Assembly: GCF_964213995.1 (NCBI RefSeq)
Contig: NC_135808.1
Span: 50,840,001-50,904,000, forward strand
Direction: 5' to 3'
Length of the DNA stretch: 64,000 nt
Source: Mustelus asterias
Lineage: Eukaryota
Shown here: positions 63,966-64,000 of the stretch, piece by piece
How the letters are laid out: the number at the start of each line of letters is the position of its first letter
Position numbering within the stretch: the first letter of the stretch is position 1
The notes under the pieces: model-generated
What the model was told of the DNA's origin: nothing
Database searches by the model: none
What the model saw: the letters and a program-made list of their open reading frames with translations, nothing else
Position numbers and translations under genes: made by a program

Positions 63966-64000
63966 TATCTCGAAGTATTGTGGGGCTGGAGAAGATTCCA

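Overview
Eukaryotic, repeat-dense genomic DNA, almost certainly from a shark (HE1-type V-SINEs, abundant CR1 LINEs, cluster-type Ig gene). The only host gene is one intact, unrearranged kappa-type (type III/NS4-like) immunoglobulin light-chain cluster on the + strand: leader 20193-20241, V 20428-20725 with a 12-RSS, J 22417-22451 with a 23-RSS, and C 29388-29716. A 61-bp minisatellite of about 21 copies and a 132-N gap separate V from J. Everything else is retroelement-derived: a defective ERV with a tRNA-Ser PBS and an open env-like ORF running off the left edge; a decayed Mag-type Gypsy; a Gypsy provirus lacking a TSD (31644-36391, minus strand); a three-copy tandem Gypsy array (37402-50561) nested in a solo LTR nested in a CR1; Copia and Penelope remnants; and many LINE/SINE fragments. 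The most striking observation is that two diverged Gypsy families have no tRNA PBS. At the PBS position each carries a perfect 13-15 nt complement of its own LTR poly(A)-signal region, suggesting self-priming or poly(A) masking. In addition, each V-J minisatellite unit has the layout of a cryptic 23-RSS. All calls come from reading the sequence; no searches or alignments were run.
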